Below are positions 59,120-64,000 of a stretch of DNA of 64,000 nt, piece after piece. The notes beneath the pieces were generated by a model, which was not told the origin of the DNA, ran no database searches, and worked only from the letters and a program-made list of their open reading frames with translations. The position numbers and the translations under genes were made by a program. The stretch is from an uncultured Burkholderiaceae bacterium (GTDB lineage: Bacteria; Pseudomonadota; Gammaproteobacteria; Burkholderiales; Burkholderiaceae_F): the NCBI GenBank assembly GCA_964512305.1, contig CAZEIW010000026.1:6582-70581 (forward strand), in the 5' to 3' direction. The stretch's first letter is position 1. Each line of letters starts with the position of its first letter.

Positions 59120-62100
59120 ATGCAGAACCCTGTCGGCGCGAAGACGCCACCGAAGCGGGAGGAAGAGCGGGATGAGGAGCTGCGCCTTGCGCTCGTGATG
59201 AGCGGCGGCGTCAGCCTCGCCGTGTGGATGGGCGGCGTGTCGTTCGAGATCAACCGGCTGATCGGCGAGACCCACCCTGTCTATCGAGGTCTGCTCGAAC
59301 TGACCCGCACGTGGGCGCGCGTCGACGTGATCAGCGGCACAAGCGCGGGCGGCATCAACGGCGCCGCGCTCGCCCTCGCCTGCGTCTACGACACGAGCTT
59401 GTTGCCGCTGCGCCAGGTGTGGCTCGAAAGAGGCGCTTTCGAGCAGCTCTTGCGCGATCCGGGGGCGAGCGACCCGCCTTCGCTCCTCGACGGTGACGGC
59501 GTCTTCCTGCCGGCGCTGGAGACCGCCTTCGAGAAACTGCTCGCGGCGAAGCCAAGCACGGCGGCGCGGGTGCCGATGGACCTGACGCTGACGGCGACCA
59601 TGCTTCGCGGCGAACCGCATGCCCGGCTCGACGACCTCGGCGAGCGGATCGAGGACGCGCATCATCGCGCGCAGTTCCATTTTTCGCGGGAGGGCGAGGA
59701 TCCATTCGCAGGCGCCGAAATCGCCGGCGCGCTCGCGAAGGCGGCAAGGACCACCGCTTCCTTTCCCATCGCCTTCGAGCCGCTGCATGCGGCGGCGGCG
59801 TCGTGCCAGAGCGTGGCGGGTAACCGGCCGCGGCCGCTGGCCCACGCCCGATACCTGATCGACGGCGGCGTGCTCGACAACAAGCCCATCGACGGCGCGC
59901 TGCGCGCCATCTTTGCTTTCCCGCCGCGCGGCAACGTGCGCCGCGTCCTTGCCTACATCACGCCGGATCCTGGCGCTTCGGCGCGCGCGCAGGACGACAG
60001 CCCGGAGGAGCCTCCGACACTGGCCGAGGTCGCGCTCGGCAGCCTGATCACGATCACCAGCACGCAGTCGATCGCCGACCAGCTCGATCGCATCGACGCC
60101 CACAACGCCGGCGTGCGCCAGCGCCGCGACACGATCGCAACGCTTGCCGCGAGGCTCCCGGTGCAGGGTTTCGCGCAGTTGCCGGACATGCTGTTCGACA
60201 CCTACCGCGAAATGCGCATCGAGGGCCTGCTCGACTACGTTCTCGACGAACTCGAGGACGGCCTGGCCAGCGCCCCGGGCGACCCATCGTCGGCGGTGGC
60301 TCTCGGCAAGCACACGCGCGAATGGCTGCTCGCTGTCTGGCGATCCGATCCGGCGGCGGACCGTTACTGGGAGGCGCGCATCCCGCGCGAGGACGATCGC
60401 TGGAACTTCGAGTTCCAGCCGGCGGGCGGTTGGACGTGGGGACTGTTCGCGCTCGAGTTCGCGATCGACCTGACGCTGGAATTGCTGCGCCGGACGCAAC
60501 GGCTTCGCCACCTCGCGACCGCGAGGCCGTCCGGCACGCGGGTGGCGGCGGGCGCGGCCGACGGCGATGCCGGCGGGAACTGGGAGGATCTGGATGCGCG
60601 ACTTCGCGCCGAGCGGTCCGGGCGCTACGCGACGGTTCCGCCGGGCGACGCCGAACTGATCGACCTGTGGGACCGCGCCTTCAAGCTGCAGCGCAAGCTG
60701 CACGAGGAGCGCGTCCAGAGCCGCCTGCGCTTCGGCGAACACGCCGCGGAGCTGATCAAGGCGCTCGCGGATGCCGGCGCCGGCGGCGCGAACGAGGAAG
60801 GGCTGCCGGCGGCCGCGCGCGGATGGCTCATGCGGCGCCTGGTCCACAACCCCGCCGACCCGGGCAGCGCGGCCGGACGCGTCGAGGATCGAAAGCGCCG
60901 TTACGCGGCGCTGGCCGCGGAGATCGCCGCCGTGCTGCTGGACCTCGGGCGCCCGATGTCGGCGCTGGTCGCCCACTCGGAAAAGCTCAGGGAAGACGAG
61001 GCGCATGCCCGTCACGAGCTCGGCAAGCTGCATCAGCTGCTGTACACGGGCGAGGTCGAAAGTTCAGCGGACGGGAAACCGGACGCCGACCGGAAGGCTG
61101 CCGGGAAGGCGCTGATGCGCCGCGTGCTGCAACTCGAGGTCGTGTCCTTCGCGCTCGTGAACCGCGAGCCCGAAGCTGGCGCGTACGTGGAACTGGTCCA
61201 GGTCAGCGCGCAGGGCGCGAGCCCGTGGGGCGGCGCCGCAACGCCCTCCGAAAAACTGGCCGGCATGCAGCTGGCGCATTTCGGTGCTTTTTACCGCAAG
61301 GCGTGGCGCGCCAACGACTGGATGGTCGGGCGCCTCGACGGCATCGACCGGTTGGTCCGCGTTGCCCTGAATCCGGACCGGCTGCATCGCCTCTATGCCG
61401 GCACACCCGCGGCGATCGACGACGTGCTCGGCGCCATCCGGCAGCTGGCGGTCGACAGCGCCGAAGCCGAGATCCGGCCCGAGCTGGAAGCCGGATGGAA
61501 GGCCGACGAGGACGGCCTCAAGCTCGAGCTGGGCTTTCTCGCCCGGCGCGATTCGCGCGTGCCGGAGACCCTCCCGCTGGCGAGCAAAGCGCTGGTCCGC
61601 CGCCTGCACCTGGAGGTGCTGCGCAGCGAACTGCCCGAGGTCGCCCGCGCGGTCGCCGACGACATTCTCGACGGAACGCGCGCGGACGGACCATCGGCCA
61701 AGCTCGCGCGCCACGTCGAGTCGTCGGTTAGCATCAGTCGCGACCTCGTCGACCGGCTTCTGACGCATCTGCCCGACGCCGCGCGCGCCCGCCTGCAGCG
61801 CGTGCTCCCGGCGCAGCTGCCAACCGGACGCCTCAGCGCAAAGGAGGCGGTCTCGCTCTATGTCTCCAGCGACTACCGGATCGGCGGCGAGCGCATCCTC
61901 GACGAGGTCGGCACCGACGCCCTGACGCGCATGGCAAGCCGCACCATCGTCGTCGGTCACGCCGCGCTGGCGGGCAAGTCTTCCGGCCTGGCGCAGTTCA
62001 CGAAGCTGCTCAAGCCGCTGCGAGTGCCGCTGCGGGCATTTCACCTCGCGGCGGACCGCCTGCTGACCGACTCGCGCTCGAGCGCCGCGATCACCACGAC

Positions 62101-62641
62101 CATGCTCGTCTGCGGCGTCCTGTTCGTGCTCGCCGCCGCGCTGGCGCCGGAGCCGGTGCCCGGCGCCGAGGGCGCGCGCTCACCGGCGACGATGCACGCC
62201 ATCGCAGCGATCGGCTGGAGTCTCCTGGTCGGATGGACCGCAACCGCCCTGTTGCGGCGCCGGCTCGGGCTGTGGCTCGCCCTTGGGCTCCTCGCGCTGC
62301 TGCTGGTCGCCGTCCTCGGCCCGGCGAAGCTGATCGTCCCGGCCGTCGCGACTTTCGCGCTGATCTTCCTGCTCGGCCGGGCCTCGTGGATCGGCGGCGC
62401 GATTCTGAGCTTGATCGTCCTGTGGTGGTCGGCGGGAGCCCCGTCATGGGACGACATGCGTGCCGCCACCTGCCGGACGTGGCAGATCGTCGCGCATTGC
62501 CCGCGCGCCGCCGACGAGGGCAGCGCCGACCTGGTTGCCCATCTTCTCGTTCCGCTGGGCGTGGTGATCATCCTCGGGCTTCTTGCCAGGCTGATCGACA
62601 ACGCCGCCGCCCAAAAACTGGGGCGTCGGCTCGGACGGTGA
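59120..62641 (+). CDS. Patatin-like phospholipase with a DUF3376-type central region and a polytopic C-terminal membrane domain (1173 aa)
   Basis: Oxyanion motif LVMSGGVSLAV. Nucleophile GTSAGG (Ser codon 59342-59344). Catalytic Asp in LIDGGVLDN (59861-59863). DUF3376-like AHFGAFYRKAWRANDWMVGRLDG. Five to six TM helices between about 62070 and 62600. Confidence 0.85.
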   Translation: MQNPVGAKTPPKREEERDEELRLALVMSGGVSLAVWMGGVSFEINRLIGETHPVYRGLLELTRTWARVDVISGTSAGGINGAALALACVYDTSLLPLRQVWLERGAFEQLLRDPGASDPPSLLDGDGVFLPALETAFEKLLAAKPSTAARVPMDLTLTATMLRGEPHARLDDLGERIEDAHHRAQFHFSREGEDPFAGAEIAGALAKAARTTASFPIAFEPLHAAAASCQSVAGNRPRPLAHARYLIDGGVLDNKPIDGALRAIFAFPPRGNVRRVLAYITPDPGASARAQDDSPEEPPTLAEVALGSLITITSTQSIADQLDRIDAHNAGVRQRRDTIATLAARLPVQGFAQLPDMLFDTYREMRIEGLLDYVLDELEDGLASAPGDPSSAVALGKHTREWLLAVWRSDPAADRYWEARIPREDDRWNFEFQPAGGWTWGLFALEFAIDLTLELLRRTQRLRHLATARPSGTRVAAGAADGDAGGNWEDLDARLRAERSGRYATVPPGDAELIDLWDRAFKLQRKLHEERVQSRLRFGEHAAELIKALADAGAGGANEEGLPAAARGWLMRRLVHNPADPGSAAGRVEDRKRRYAALAAEIAAVLLDLGRPMSALVAHSEKLREDEAHARHELGKLHQLLYTGEVESSADGKPDADRKAAGKALMRRVLQLEVVSFALVNREPEAGAYVELVQVSAQGASPWGGAATPSEKLAGMQLAHFGAFYRKAWRANDWMVGRLDGIDRLVRVALNPDRLHRLYAGTPAAIDDVLGAIRQLAVDSAEAEIRPELEAGWKADEDGLKLELGFLARRDSRVPETLPLASKALVRRLHLEVLRSELPEVARAVADDILDGTRADGPSAKLARHVESSVSISRDLVDRLLTHLPDAARARLQRVLPAQLPTGRLSAKEAVSLYVSSDYRIGGERILDEVGTDALTRMASRTIVVGHAALAGKSSGLAQFTKLLKPLRVPLRAFHLAADRLLTDSRSSAAITTTMLVCGVLFVLAAALAPEPVPGAEGARSPATMHAIAAIGWSLLVGWTATALLRRRLGLWLALGLLALLLVAVLGPAKLIVPAVATFALIFLLGRASWIGGAILSLIVLWWSAGAPSWDDMRAATCRTWQIVAHCPRAADEGSADLVAHLLVPLGVVIILGLLARLIDNAAAQKLGRRLGR

Positions 62642-62677
62642 GTTCCAGCGTCCGTCTGCCGCGAAAGCGATCACCGC

Positions 62678-63181
62678 ATGCCCGAACCCGCCAAGAGCCT
62701 GCTGATCGTGTTCCATTCGATCACGGGCGGTACCGAGCAGATGGCGGCGGCGGCCGCCCGGGGTGCGGCAACGGAGCCGGCGGTTCGCGTCCGACTGCTC
62801 CACGCGAAGGAAGCGGGGCCGGAGCACGTTCTCGCCGCCGACGGGTACATCTTCGCGACGCCGGAGACGCTGGCCACCGTCTCCGGTCTGATGAAGGATT
62901 TCTTCGACCGCACCTACTACCAGGTGCTCGAGCGGATCAACGGGCGGCCGTACGCGACGATGATCTGCGCCGGCACCGATGGGCAGAATGCGAGCCGCCA
63001 GATCGAGCGCACCGCGACCGGCTTGCGGCTCAGGAAGATCGCGGAGCCGATCATCGTGGTGACGGGCGCGCAGACGCCGGAAGCGATCATGGCGGCCAAG
63101 CAGATCCCTGCCGAGGAGCTCGCGAGATGCTTCGAGCTCGGCGCTACGCTTGCCGCCGGCCTGGCTGTCGGCGCCTACTGA
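62678..63181 (+). CDS. Flavodoxin-like fold protein (NAD(P)H-dependent FMN reductase/flavodoxin family)
   Basis: LLIVFHSITGGTEQMA is the FMN phosphate-loop position. Also YIFATPETLATVSGLMKDFFDR. 167 aa. Confidence 0.8.
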   Translation: MPEPAKSLLIVFHSITGGTEQMAAAAARGAATEPAVRVRLLHAKEAGPEHVLAADGYIFATPETLATVSGLMKDFFDRTYYQVLERINGRPYATMICAGTDGQNASRQIERTATGLRLRKIAEPIIVVTGAQTPEAIMAAKQIPAEELARCFELGATLAAGLAVGAY

Positions 63182-63307
63182 TCCGGCCCGGCACGACCGG
63201 CTGAAATCCCGATACCCCGATCCGGTCTCAACCTCGTACGGGAAACACGTCCTTCGGGCGTAAGATCGCCCGCAGGACGAATCCTGAGTCCTCGGGCGGG
63301 AGCAGCG

Positions 63308-64000
63308 ATGCACGAGTCGATCGGCCATGACTCGAAGATCGGCGCGCAGCGCACGGGCGACGCCTCGTCGCGGCCGACGCTGGAGCGGATGCTGCGGAGC
63401 AGCCGGTGGGGCGAGGCGCTCGCGGCCGATGAGCTCGACCGCGTTTGCCGAGAAGTGCAGGAGCGGCGCGTCGTCGCCGGTACCCACATCGTCCGGGCGG
63501 GCAATCCCTGCGACTTCTGGATCGGCATCATCGAAGGCATGGCCAAGATGACGGTGTCGCTGCCGAACGGCCGCGAATCGACCTTCACCGCGGTTTCCGC
63601 GGGCGGTTGGTTCGGCGAGGGGACGCTGATGAAGGGCGAGCCGTGGAGGTACGACGCGGTTGCGGTCCGCGATTCGCGCCTGGCGCTCATGCCGCGCACC
63701 GCCTATGAGCGCTTGCTCCACACGAGCCTGGGCTTCAGCCACTTCGTGCTGTCCTTGATCAACGCGAGGTTGAGCCTGTTCATCGGGCTGGCTGTATTCG
63801 ACCGCCTGCTCACGATCGACGCGCGTGTGGCGCGCTGTCTCGCGAGCCTGTTCGATCCCGACCTGTATCCGCGCACCGACGCCTTCCTGCAGCTCAGCCA
63901 GGACGAGATCGGTCTGCTGTCGGCGGTCTCGCGCCAGCGCGCGAACAAGGCGCTGCACGCGCTGCAGAGCGCAGGGCTGGTTCGCGTCGAGTTCGGCGGC
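63308..64000 (+). CDS. Crp/Fnr-family transcriptional regulator, partial (runs off the window end)
   Basis: Own translation from ATG 63308: ...RVVAGTHIVRAGNPCDFWIGIIEGMAKMTV...GGWFGEGTLM is a cNMP-binding fold. LQLSQDEIGLLSAVSRQRANKALHALQSAGLV is the C-terminal HTH. It is open in frame to nt 64000 and is missing from the ORF track because there is no stop. Confidence 0.8.
   Translation, partial: MHESIGHDSKIGAQRTGDASSRPTLERMLRSSRWGEALAADELDRVCREVQERRVVAGTHIVRAGNPCDFWIGIIEGMAKMTVSLPNGRESTFTAVSAGGWFGEGTLMKGEPWRYDAVAVRDSRLALMPRTAYERLLHTSLGFSHFVLSLINARLSLFIGLAVFDRLLTIDARVARCLASLFDPDLYPRTDAFLQLSQDEIGLLSAVSRQRANKALHALQSAGLVRVEFGG

Overview
High-GC (about 70%) chromosomal segment whose gene order resembles Betaproteobacteria/Burkholderiales. 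It is almost entirely core housekeeping DNA. I saw no rRNA, tRNA, CRISPR array, transposase or integrase by eye.

Recognisable blocks, in order:
- tlpA-DUF4266-DUF3570-apbE envelope operon
- cinA-like gene, then a DUF6600 protein and an acidic Gly/Ser-rich orphan
- nnrU, hrpA, then divergent argA, followed by yggX
- pnuC plus a NadR-type kinase, then a TPP riboswitch in front of a TonB-dependent receptor
- nmrA-like gene, then a low-GC islet carrying a DUF2785 gene
- peroxiredoxin, OmpA/Pal-like lipoprotein, rpiA
- a membrane protein, a YHS-domain protein and a GYD protein
- aceE-aceF-lpd, where the E3 carries its own lipoyl domain
- prlC, pstSCAB, a glutaredoxin/DUF4124 protein, xthA, an Asp/Glu racemase family gene
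- glnA-DUF4124-ntrB-ntrC running straight into a cobalt-type nitrile hydratase cluster (alpha, beta, accessory) and a membrane-anchored alpha/beta hydrolase
- hemW-rdgB-rph preceded by a PP2C phosphatase and a Hanks-type Ser/Thr kinase, divergent from yicC-gmk-rpoZ-spoT
- greB, phaB-like reductase
- an M20 peptidase homologue, a 1173-aa patatin/DUF3376 membrane protein, a flavodoxin-like protein and a partial Crp/Fnr regulator

Non-coding features I could support: the TPP riboswitch, a glnA sigma-54 promoter with tandem NtrC sites, a glnA terminator, a candidate Pho box, a pstS-pstC hairpin, an AT-rich palindromic promoter region upstream of aceE, and REP-like palindromic elements.

The best candidates for poorly understood biology are the substrate-less ApbE operon, the patatin/DUF3376 locus, the kinase/phosphatase pair embedded in an RNA-processing operon, the Ntr-linked nitrile hydratase and the harpin-like acidic orphan. 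None of these is a proven new system. All product calls rest on motif recognition by eye, not on database searches. The many long antisense ORFs in the track are high-GC artefacts.
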